Below are positions 23,281 to 34,496 of a DNA stretch of 64,000 nt, in pieces. The notes under the pieces were generated by a model. That model was not told where the DNA came from and ran no database searches. It was given only the letters and a program-made list of their open reading frames with translations. The DNA comes from Octopus sinensis. Lineage: Eukaryota. The number at the start of each line of letters is the position of its first letter. Within the stretch, counting starts at the first letter, position 1. The position numbers and the translations under genes are program-made. Location of the stretch: NCBI RefSeq assembly GCF_006345805.1, contig NC_042998.1, positions 78,244,001 to 78,308,000 on the forward strand, written 5' to 3'.

Positions 23281-24731
23281 TAATTATATAGCCATGTAAA
23301 GCTGTGTATATTAGTGTCTCTTTATATCAAAATCAGTAGCCAGATGTTCAATATACAGAATTCACTGAAATAATTACGAGACTTGTTGGTGGTAGGGTCA
23401 GTATGGTCAGTTGAAACCTTTGGAGGGTGAGTCCTCGCAAGACTGAAACTAGTAAAAGAATTAATGAATTAAAGAATATGTTAGTGTCTCAGTTCCTTAG
23501 AATGTGAATATGTTAGTGTCTCAGTTCCTTAGAATGTGAATATCTGTAGGTAGTCAAAATGAAAACATATTTGTTTATCCACCTTTCTTGCTTTTAAGTT
23601 TGTCATGTTTCCTTCTTTTATTTTATTTATTTATTTTAGTAATCAATACTGTTCATTATTCGCGCCAGCATCATATAGTACGAGGTCGATGTTAACTTGC
23701 GCAAGTGGACCACAGCGACAAGTTAACATCACTTACATCGCGCTCATATTTCTTTTTTAAAATAAATTGTTTAAAGAAAATGGAAGCAATGTTCATTAAC
23801 CTTGAAGGTTTTCTTACAGTGGTGAGACTTGTGCGTCTAATGTCCAGTATGAATATTTCCTGATCAATGTGAACAAAAAATAAAAGTAGTTCTGATGCCT
23901 GCTTCGAATACTTGAAAAAGTGTGGATTCCATTAAATGCTCCACAGCTCCTGATGGCCGTGATGTTTATTCGGGTGATGTGTTAGACCAACTCTAAAACA
24001 TCATATTATCCATCTTTCCGTGAAATATTGACCATTGGTGCCCTGCCTAATAGAAATCGCTAATATAACACTGTTATCGTATTTTACATCGCATGTGGTG
24101 ATCAAGAACATCGTTGGGTAAAGTTTTTCAAATAGCCGAACACCGGCCCACTACATTTCTGGCGGTGAGAGAGACAAGGAAGTGACGGTCAAATGTTATA
24201 CAATAAATACGTCCGGTGACTTTGTTTGAAAAGAATTTCTATTTTTCTCACCGACATTTACAATATTTGCCGGAGTGTGCACACACAAACACTGACCTAC
24301 ACTCACGTTTGTGTGCATACGACGATCTTCCGCATAGTTGCCGAGATGACAAACAGTGGAATCGAACGAAAATTTATGTGATTGCGGAAAGAAATTGTTA
24401 ATCATTCAGCGATACCTGGTTGCATCGTGAGCCACTTGATGCATAATATCCAATTTTCTTTTTCTAATTCACCACTATTTCAGATTAATATTCTAGGAGA
24501 AGGATCTGAGGTATTGTTATGTGCATGCTTTTTTTTTTTTTTTTTTTCAAATGCCTACGTTTTCACAAAGCTTGCAAAACAGAGAGATGAGAAAAATGCT
24601 GCAATCTCAGCTTGCCTGAGATTTAAATTATGCCTTGCAGCACACGGCACAACTATAAATGAAAAAACTGTTGAGGTATATACACACAAATACACACACA
24701 CACACACAACATATATATATATATATATATC

Positions 24732-24867
<136 letters not shown>

Positions 24868-25804
24868 TGTATGTATGTATGTATGTATGTATGTATGTAT
24901 GTATGTATATATTATATATCTATATATATATTATATATATATATATATATATTGTGATTATTGCCCAGTGAAATAATTGGTAAACATTTATTAATGCCGA
25001 ACTTCTATAAAGAGAGGTGGGAACTTCTATTAATTCTTATCCATTAGAGGGGAAATTTTTTAAAAAGCAATTTTTTCTTTACCTTTCGTAAACAAAATGG
25101 TTAAAAGGATATTTTTATCAAGGATGAAAGGATAGTATCGTTGAGCTTTCTTGCAGAGCTTCCGTAAACGGAAGCACGGAGGAGGGAAACTTTCCTGAAG
25201 GTGAAACAGTCCGAATGGCTGCGACTGAGTGACCACTGCATGTCTGAAAGATACATACTTGTTAGCGTAGAAGAACTCAAAAAATGGTAATTGTGGAGTG
25301 TCTTTAACTATAACAGATATGTTTTACTTATAATAGATAGTAACAAAATGGTATTTGAATCTTCAATATAATACATATATTTCGCATACCGGAAAAATAA
25401 GAAATTTTTGTCACAAGATTAAGTGTCTAAGGATAACAGAAGCAGCAACAACAGTAACATACACAGGTTCTTTCACGTGAAGAAAAGAATAAATTGTCTG
25501 AATTGCCAAACAGAGAAAGTTGTTCCAACGTTTCATCCGAAATGCTTTAAACATGTGAGTCCTAGTAATGAATTGTTTGGCAGAGAAAGAGTTTGCTTGG
25601 CAAAGCTGTGTAACAAAGGAAAGTGATCTATACCTACGTCCGTTATCGGAAAGTGAGACAAAAAGAATAACTTATCTTTGTGGCTTGAAAGACAGAATCG
25701 TTTCTTACGCTCACGAAAGAGCAATTGCTAGTAGTCTTTGTCGGTATGTTGAGTAAAACATCCTCCATCAACTGAGGAAATACTATAGAAGTACTTGGTG
25801 TACT

Positions 25805-26275
25805 ATTGGTTTCAAATTTTGAAAATGGCCAGCAAGTTCGGAGGAGGGAGCAAGTTGATTACATCGATCCCAGTGTTCATCTGGTAATTATTTTATCGAC
25901 CCCGAAAGAATGAAAGGCAAAGTCGACCTCGACGGCATTTGAACAGAGAACTTAAAGAGGGACGAAATGCTGCTAAGCATTTCGTCTGGCGCGCAAACTA
26001 TTCTGCTAGCTCACCGCCTTTTACTTTATACTTAATATTGAAAATATAATATTGAAAAAGTGGCAAGCTGAGCAGAATCGTTAGTGCGTCGTACAAAATG
26101 TCAAATGGTATTTCTTCTGACTGCTTAAATTAGGAGTACAAATTTCATCGGCTTTGCTTTTTATCCTTTCGGGACCGATAAAATAAGTTATCACCTAAGC
26201 ACTGGGAGTACTGTAATATTCTTACCCCTCCAAACTTGCTGGATTTCTGCCAAAAATTTGAAACAATTAAGGGTG
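25805..26275. mobile_element. two family B2 SINEs, divergent orientation (~25805-26020 minus; ~26065-26275 plus)
   Basis: TTCAAATTTTG..GGCCAGC tail and ATCGACCCCGAAAG core on both strands. Confidence 0.7.
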
Positions 26276-26324
26276 CCGAGCTAGCTCCCTCCCGCAAAAT
26301 TTCAGCCGTGTGCCTATAGTAAAA

Positions 26325-26326
26325 AA

Positions 26327-26379
<53 letters not shown>

Positions 26380-26655
26380 GATTAGTTTAGTTTAGCTCAG
26401 GTTCGGTCTTAATCCTGGTAGTATTTATGTGGGTAGCGAGTTACTACCTGTAACCTTAAGTATCCACAAGTTTCCAGCTTTCTTCCAAGGGATTATCATC
26501 ATCATCATCATCATTATTATTATTATATGTTGTTTTAGTAGTAGTGGTGGTGGTGGTGGTGGTGGTGGTGGTGGTAGTGGTTTTTATGGTGGTGGTGGTG
26601 GTGGTTTTTATGGTGGTGGTGGTGGTGGTTTTTGTGGTGGTGGTGGTGGTGGTAG
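26325..26655. repeat. (ATT)n, (ATC)n and (GGT)n trinucleotide repeats with a 24-nt GGTTTTTAT(GGT)5 unit
   Basis: Direct reading. Confidence 0.9.
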
Positions 26656-27214
26656 CAGAGGTAGTATAGCGTCATTTCCACTCCAGTCCTTATCAGAATG
26701 AGAACCAGAAGGACGACAAAGGCATTTGAGAAACACTGGTCTGAGGTAAAACATCGGAGACATCTATAGCAAAAGACGGAATGTAGTGTAGGATACTCTG
26801 CATGGAAACTCCATGAACTGAGGATATTGGCATCCCGTATTTTCATGATCAGTTTCGATATTCTGCTTTACTCGTTACACAAAAATATTGATCTCTCTCT
26901 TCTTAGACTTATGGGACAAAAACCAAGCATATATAAATATATAATATTAAACGTATGTACGAACAGACAGAAATATGTTGACATATGCACACAACGTACC
27001 CAGGAAAGAGATTTTACTTGGCCCCTTAACATGATATAAATATAACAGCCATGTTTCCCTTATAAAAGGATACAGAATTTAATGTATCTAATGTATGTAA
27101 TTTCATACCCTTAAAGGACTAAATCATCACAGCTACAATATTTTGGCATCAAGTCAAACAGCATCAAAACACCAATACACCGATCTGCATGTATATAATA
27201 TATATGTGACCGCG

Positions 27215-27399
27215 ATTTTTTTTTCTCCCTATTCCCTTCTCTGGATCTTTCCTTTTCCTATGTTTCTGACGAAGATCTCCGCTCGAGACGTTAAACCCTA
27301 CTCCTTCCCTTCCTTCCTGAGCGTCCAATAATACTATATTTGTTCCACCTCCTCGCGTTCTTGTGTTTTCTCTTTGTGTTTTCATGTTTGGATTAACTT

Positions 27400-27400
<1 letters not shown>
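27215..27400 (+). mobile_element. solo PLE pseudo-LTR-like fragment with decayed minimal hammerhead (27262-27296)
   Basis: GTTT-CTGACGA-A-GATC-TCC-GCTC-GAGA-CG-TT-AAAC; pyrimidine-rich flanks; TTCCTGAGCGT shared with the 48360 fragment. Confidence 0.6.
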
Positions 27401-27461
<61 letters not shown>

Positions 27462-27464
27462 GAA

Positions 27465-27495
<31 letters not shown>

Positions 27496-27639
27496 ATGCA
27501 TACAATATACATACGACTATACGACGCACACACAACAAACACACACAAACATATGTATGTACATTCATACATACATACATAGCCATACGTATATCTATAC
27601 ATACATACATGGATACAAACATACACATAGCATCATTGT

Positions 27640-28056
27640 GCCTATTTCTTTACTGCCCACAAGGGGCTACACACAGAGGGGACAAACAGGGATAGACATA
27701 GGTATTAAGTCGATTACATCGACCCCATTGCGTAACTGGTACTTAATTTATCGACCCCGAAAGGATGAAAGGCAAAGTCGACCTCGGCGGAATTTGAACT
27801 CAGAACGTAACGGCAGATGAAATACCTATTTCTTTATTACCCACAAAGGGGCTAAACACAGAGGGGACAAACAAAGACAGACATAGGTATTAAGTCGATT
27901 ACATCGACCCCAGTGTTTAACTGGTACTTAATTTATCGACCCCGAAAGGATGAAAGGCAAAGTCGACCTCGCGGAATTTGAACTCACAACGTAACGGCAG
28001 ACGAAATACCGCTAAGCATTTCGCCCGGCGTGCTAACGTTTCTGCCAGTTCGCTGC
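27640..28056 (-). mobile_element. two tandem family B SINEs, the left one truncated at GAAATACC
   Basis: Near-identical units ~27640-27825 and ~27825-28056. Confidence 0.85.
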
Positions 28057-28249
28057 TTTATTGTGCCACCAACATTATTATTACAACTGAACAAACTGTG
28101 AAGAAGAAGTGAGTATAAAGCTGTTTCGAGCAGCTACTAATCGAGAAAAGGATATCACAAAAAAATTAGTAAAAACCTGCAAGAAATGGCAGAAGTGCAG
28201 GTGGAATACCAGAATACCTTTGTTTGCTCACCACGAGAGGATTATCAAA

Positions 28250-28560
28250 GCATATTAGCTTAAATTAGGTAGTTAATGCCAGCTACGATTCAACACCTAA
28301 TCAAAGTTTATTGCAAACTAATCAAATCTGACAGCATGCATTACCAAAACATTACTCTGAAGACTGATGTAAGAGGTACTGCTTTTATTCTCTCATTAAA
28401 AATATCATCATACCAGCTCACAGAAACACAGCTCTTACAGGAAAAGGATAGCTTGAATCCAAAAACATTTCTCATGCTAACTTTGTAGATGACCTGAAGG
28501 GTTGTGGGGTAACAACTAAATCCAACGAAAGGCAATTGGAAATTACCTAATATTCTACAG
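28250..28560 (+). pseudogene. decayed non-LTR RT fragment (R4/Dong-like)
   Basis: Translates ..KNISHANFVDDLKG.., cf. THCFFVDDLKLY at 37 kb. Confidence 0.45.
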
Positions 28561-29191
28561 ACAACTGAATAAAATTGAAGTCAAAATATTTATCATCGAA
28601 AGTTAGATTAGGAGAACTTGTTTCTTTCCTCACCAAATTGAGGTTGAAAGGTTTAGCGATATAATCTTACCTTCAGGTGACAACTGTAATGTGTGTGAGA
28701 GAGCGAGATAGAGAGACAGACACAGAGAGAGCAGCGTGTGTGTGATCTAGGGAATGTGCGAGTGCATTTATGCATGTATGTGTATGTGTGTGTATGTATA
28801 ACTGTGTGCTTGAAGGCAACAATAATGCAGATAGAAGTTTGTATAACAATAAAAAGGAACGAAAATATTCAAGAGTTACGTTGAAAATTATTTAATGATC
28901 ATATTACTTCGAGTATAAAGCCCACTTTACAAAGGTATAAGTCACCTTCATGAAGTAAGAACATAAATATGCTGGACCTTAACGACATTATTTTTTATTT
29001 ATTTATTTTGACTAGTTCTCCTACACCTTCGTAAATGGTTATTCACAAATTACAAGGACCGTTAAATAGTTTTATGGCACCAATTCAATAAATTTCTTCT
29101 AATAGATATTTTGTTTCTATCTTTTTTGTCGACTTGTGATTTACTGATAATATGTGTGTGTGTGCATACGTGTGTGTGTGTGCCTCTGTGC

Positions 29192-29254
<63 letters not shown>

Positions 29255-29255
<1 letters not shown>

Positions 29256-30526
29256 GGGGGTGATGAAACAAGTTGTTTTTGTCTTTTCAGCAAGCACTAA
29301 GTCAATTGTTTTGAAACCTAGCATATATTGATGTCATAATCATACCTAACACTATTATCTTTACCTTTTCCAAAACTTTTGCCCATATAAATAATCAGGA
29401 AAGCAAACGTCAAAGAGTGTGTGATTTGTTGAATGCTCTCGTCACACCAAAGGAGATTTCAAGAAAAGTCGGAGTGTCCATAAAGACTGTTTATAATGTA
29501 AAGGATAGAATGACTATGAGCAAAACTAATACGAGGAAGTCTGGAGGTGGAGGAATCAACAAAAAACGTAACAAAGCTTTTCTTAAAGCACTCAAATCCC
29601 AAATCCAAAAGGATCCAACCAAATCCATGAGAAAACTGGCAATTGAACTTGAGGTAGGCAGCAAGACCATTAGAAATGCAGTAAACTATGATTTGAGGTT
29701 AAAATCTTACACAAGAACACCAAAACGCTTGTTGACAACAGCTATGAAGGAAAAGAGATTGGAAAGATGCAAGAAAATTATTACATGTTTCAAGAAAAAA
29801 GTTCTCCATTGTAACGATCTTTTCAGATGAAAAGATCTTCAGTGTCGATGCTGTTCTGAACCGCAGAAATGACAGATTTATCGCAAAATCGACAGCTGAA
29901 TTTAAGGGGACATTCAAAACAAAACATCCTACTCAAGTTATGGTTTCTGGTGTTGTGGCTTCCGATGGAAAGAAAATGCCTATAAAATTCTACAAAGCTG
30001 AGGAAAAGATCAGTGTTAATACTTAATACAAGACTCTGAGATACCAGGTATTGCCATGGCTTAAAGCAAACTACCCAGATGGTAATTATGTATGAACACA
30101 GGATGATGCTCCAGCCCACACAGCTAGAAAAATACAAAATTTCTTCAAATGCAACTTTAGCAATTTTTTTGAATCATGTTTATGGCCGCCTTCTAGCCCA
30201 GATCTAAACCCTCTGGATTATGTTATTTGGGGCGTTTTAGAACATGCTGCCAATAGAACATCACACAGCTATGTCGACTCTCTTAAAGATACTATTAAAG
30301 AAGATTGGGAGAAGTTTCTCCCGAATATTTGAGGAACACTTGTGCAAGTTTTAGGAGGCGTGTGAAGGCAGTTATTGAGAAAGAAGGACACATAGAATAA
30401 AAACATTTGCTATTATGTAAATTTACTTGCGACAAATAAATTTTCATGACTTTCAATAAACTAATTGGTCATACACTGCCTTTCAATCCCTGCCTCAAAA
30501 TATTGTAAATTTTGCTTTCCACCCTG
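29255..30526 (+). mobile_element. Tc1/mariner superfamily DD37D (maT-type) transposon, inactive
   Basis: FSDEKIF..QDDAPAH..WPPSSPDLNPLDY with 37 residues between the 2nd and 3rd D; frameshift ~29800 and TGA at ~30093; ends TA|CGGGGGTG and CACCCTG|TA, left TIR largely lost. Confidence 0.85.
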
Positions 30527-30713
30527 TATATGTATATATATATATGCATGTACGTACATATATATGTATATAATATATATATATAGATATATATATATAT
30601 AATATATATATAAATATATACATAATATATATTATATATATTTATTGTATTATATATGTAGTATGTATATTATATATATATGAAGGATTACTCAATATAT
30701 ATATATATATATA

Positions 30714-30981
30714 TCACGTGATCACGTGACCGACCAGACCATCAGATGTTGCTACACATTGCTGGTCACAATGCGTTCGCATTGTTTTAGCCTTCGAACG
30801 ACGCCACCCGCTGGCTAAGCGAGCAGGCCAACAGAAGAAGAGTGAGAGAAAGTTTGTGTGAAAGAGTACAGCAGGATCACCCCCACCCCCCTGCCGAGCC
30901 TGTGGAGCTTTTAGGTGTTTTCGCTCAATAAACGCACACAACGCCCGGTCTGGGAATCGGAACCGCGAGTCCGCTGCCCTA
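30714..30981 (-). mobile_element. tRNA-derived SINE, family C
   Basis: Minus head GAGGCGCAATGGCCCAGTGGTTAGGG..GGTTCCGATTCCC, TTGAGCGAAAACACC core, tail GGTCACGTGATCACGTGA; second copy at ~57650-57955. Confidence 0.85.
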
Positions 30982-30996
30982 ACCACTGGGCCATTG

Positions 30997-31034
<38 letters not shown>

Positions 31035-31049
31035 CTATATATATATATA

Positions 31050-31122
<73 letters not shown>

Positions 31123-31185
31123 ATATATATAACTAATGTGGGATAAAATGGGTATGAGTAAGTATTTCATTTGTGTCTTACGTAT

Positions 31186-31246
31186 TTATCGCTGACGAGT
31201 GGAAATTTCTTATGAATTAACCCCGAAATTGGGACCAATACGGTAA
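31186..31246 (+). ncRNA. type-I hammerhead ribozyme candidate
   Basis: TTATCG-CTGACGA-G..stem II..C-GAAA-TTGG-GA-CCAA-TA-CGGTAA; 6-bp stem I with one G-U; canonical core; cut after AUA (31240). Confidence 0.7.
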
Positions 31247-31675
31247 TAACGGAATTTTTTAGAAATTTCTATCGGCATGTTTCGAGGCGCATAAATTATA
31301 ATGGTTTTTGACAATTATGTCTTTTTACGGCATATTTGGCATTAGAATTTTTCTTTTGCCCTTATTTTATAAGTTATATATATATATAGTTTGGTAATTA
31401 AATATTAGAGTATAACTAGGTTAAAGATATTAGTTTATTAATGTTTTTTTAAGCTAAATTATATCTTCACAGATAAAGACATTTTTCTATCTATTTACTC
31501 TATTTTTTGCCTTAAATATTTGACATAATAAATGAATTATAGGAAACTGATCCTAATGTTGTAAGTTTCAAATTTAGTTAATGGAGTTTCTTCTATAAGA
31601 AAAAAGATTATTTTATTTGTTTTTTAAATAAATATTGTTTAACTCTATTTGCTTATTTATTTAACTATTATTGTT

Positions 31676-31770
31676 AACCTGAAGATTGACTATAAGATTG
31701 AATTCATTTCAATTAAATTTAAATTTAATTGTAATTCGAATTAAATTATAGCCATGAAACGTACGTAGTT
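31676..31770 (+). ncRNA. type-I hammerhead ribozyme candidate with long stem II
   Basis: AAC-CTGAAGA-T-TGACTATAA..TTATAGCCA-T-GAAA-CGTACG-TA-GTT; palindromic stem III ACGTACGT; cut after GUA (31767). Confidence 0.65.
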
Positions 31771-31915
31771 TTTTACTTATTATATATAGATTATTCATTT
31801 TTATACTTTTTGTGATCTAGTTAAATGTTTTATAAAAATATTTTTTATTTGTTATTTATATTTTGGTTCTTGTCTATTATTGTTTGAATTGCATATAGTG
31901 GTTTTATCTCTAATT

Positions 31916-32012
<97 letters not shown>

Positions 32013-32013
<1 letters not shown>

Positions 32014-32332
32014 CAAATTTAGAGACGAACCACCATTTCACAAATCAATCAATGAAGAGCGAACCCGTCCAAAACCATGCTGTGTGACATATACCATACA
32101 AAATACTAATCTAAAAATTTACTAATATATAATATTGACCAGTAAGATTATTACAATCATATAATATAAGAGCAAATATGCTCTTATATATTATATGATT
32201 GTAATAATCATACTGTTCAATATTATATATTATTAAAACTTTAGATCAGTATTCTGTATGGTCTCACAGCATGGTTTTGGACGGGTTCTTCATTGACTGA
32301 ATTGTGAAATGGTGGTTCGTCTCTAAATTAGT
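32013..32332. mobile_element. ~320-bp near-perfect foldback element (MITE-like) in (TA)n
   Basis: Arms ACAAATTTAGAGACGAACCACCATTTCAC.. and ..GTGAAATGGTGGTTCGTCTCTAAATTAGT, pairing to the centre AAGAGC-AAATAT-GCTCTT. Confidence 0.85.
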
Positions 32333-32419
32333 TATATACATATATTATATATTACGAAATTCGGTCTAATATTATTATACTGAATTTTATCTGTAAGCTT
32401 GGAATAACAATTTATTCCC

Positions 32420-32487
<68 letters not shown>

Positions 32488-32664
32488 GTATGGAACAATC
32501 GGTATGTTGTCATAATAGAACTCAGAATCTCAAACGCCGAATCTAAAAGCTTCGGAGCATTTTCATCGGCTTTTTGTTTTTGTTTTTTCTTCATAGCATC
32601 TATCCTCAAAAATAACTGATGAAAATGCCCCGATGCCTTTAGCTACGGCATTTGGTATATATTT

Positions 32665-33590
32665 TTTATTTTATCTAGTTTCTCTCATGGGCTGTGACCA
32701 TGCTGAGGCACCGCCATTCGGGTTGCTACATAATTTTACTTCACGAATGCCTTTTAGGAATTGACATTTGGGGCATGAGAGAGTTTCATGCAGCTGCCCT
32801 GATCTGCACCTCCTGCCGCGAGGTTGGTTCATCTGGGACAATTGACAGGAAGAGCATTATTTTGAAGATACCTACATCCACTCTATGCAGGTCTCTTAGG
32901 TTCTTCGGGAAGGTATTGAAGAGCTATGGATCTCTGGAGCCCAGGCTATTGCAGTATCTTGTCCTACATCTTGATGGCAAATTTGGAGTCCTTGACACTA
33001 TGCAGTGGCGCCCAGTTCTAGTATTTGTGTAACTCTAGATGCCAAAGTTTGAGAGAAGTACTTCCAAGATCTTCCAGATGTATATTATGGAATATTTTTC
33101 TCACCTACGCTCTAAGGCATAGAGTCTTAATCTCTTGAGTCTTTCCCAATATATTATATGCTGCATAGAGGCTATCTTCTTCGTGTAGCTTCGTTGTATT
33201 ACCTCAAGTTCTGAGATTAATTTGACACTGGTTGGTAACCATAGCTGAGAGCAATAGTCAAAGTGGCTTAGGACAAGTGTCCTCCACAGGACCATCATGG
33301 TTTCCTGGTCTCTTGATCTAAAAGATATAAGAATCTCTCCGGTCAACCACCTGCATTTCATTGCCAATTTAGCAACCTGCACATGAAAGGATGCATCATT
33401 ACTCATGTAAATGCCCAGGTCTCGCACTGGCTGTGCTTCTGGGATTGCAATCCCTCCAGGTCCAGTGTATTTATTGGGTATTGCATTTAGTTTTGCATGC
33501 TGATAGCACAAAGCTTGAAACTTTTCAGCATTGCTATTCTTTTCAGCCCACTTGTATATTTCATCCAGCTCACATTGCAGGTGCATAGTG
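32665..33590 (-). mobile_element. CR1-clade LINE 3' fragment
   Basis: ORF 33101-33586: VRDLGIYMS..FDYCSQLW..LEVIQRSYTK..YWERLKRLRLYALERR, typical of the CR1 RT thumb/C-terminus; 3' UTR with stem-loop tail. Confidence 0.85.
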
Positions 33591-33819
33591 TAGGTATATA
33601 TATATATGATATATATATATATATGTGTGTGTGTATGTGTGTGTATATGTATGTATGCATGTATGTATATGTATATATAAGTATATATATGTATGTATGC
33701 ATATATATGTATATATATAAATGTAGCTATATATATATATATAATATATATATAATATATATATATATATAGCTACATTTATATATATACATATATATGC
33801 ATACATACATATATACACT

Positions 33820-33850
<31 letters not shown>

Positions 33851-33862
33851 ATGAAGGTATAT

Positions 33863-33904
<42 letters not shown>

Positions 33905-34004
33905 ATATATAGCTACATTATATATATACATATATATGCATACATACATATATACACTTATATATATATATGTGTGTGTGTGTATGAAGGTATATTATGT
34001 GTAT

Positions 34005-34039
<35 letters not shown>

Positions 34040-34406
34040 GCTTGTATGTATGTGTTTGTTCATATATACAGTGAACTGTCTTTTAGATATAATCTATTGA
34101 AAACACGACCAGGTTTTGCTTCTAGACTATTTTTTTCAGTTTTATCTTTCTTCTGTTGGTGTGAGTTAGTGTTCGTTTGGAAGAATAAATTTCCTAAATC
34201 CATCATCGTTTCTGAAGTTACAGAGCCTCATGAGCAGAATTGAACTGCTATTTTTATATGCAATTACCGCATTTTATGATAGGTAAATGCGATTCCTGTA
34301 AATTTTATCGCCCGATATTTTTTATACCTTATCACTGGTATTTTAAATTTATTGTTGGATTTATACCGCATACTCATACGTTTATTTTGTTTGTGAGTTG
34401 TTATAC

Positions 34407-34496
<90 letters not shown>

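Noticed and set aside
25158-25175. Perfect GC hairpin GCTTCCG-TAAA-CGGAAGC (possible Helitron 3' end)
   Set aside because: No CTRR terminus at the expected distance and no other Helitron features
26429-26846. Gly-rich GFYGGGGG ORF (+) and His-rich HHHHHKN ORF (-), reminiscent of cephalopod suckerin/beak proteins
   Set aside because: Built from (ATC)n/(ATT)n/(GGT)n repeats; GTG start, no real signal peptide or splice support, flanked by SINEs
32553-32632. 15-bp inverted repeat CGGAGCATTTTCATC / GATGAAAATGCCCCG containing CTGATGA
   Set aside because: Best explained as two decayed SINE B head fragments in opposite orientation; no hammerhead stems
33768-34010. ~140-bp tandem duplication within microsatellites; likewise the 32-bp duplication at 23474-23543
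   Set aside because: Ordinary slippage or local duplication, no further structure
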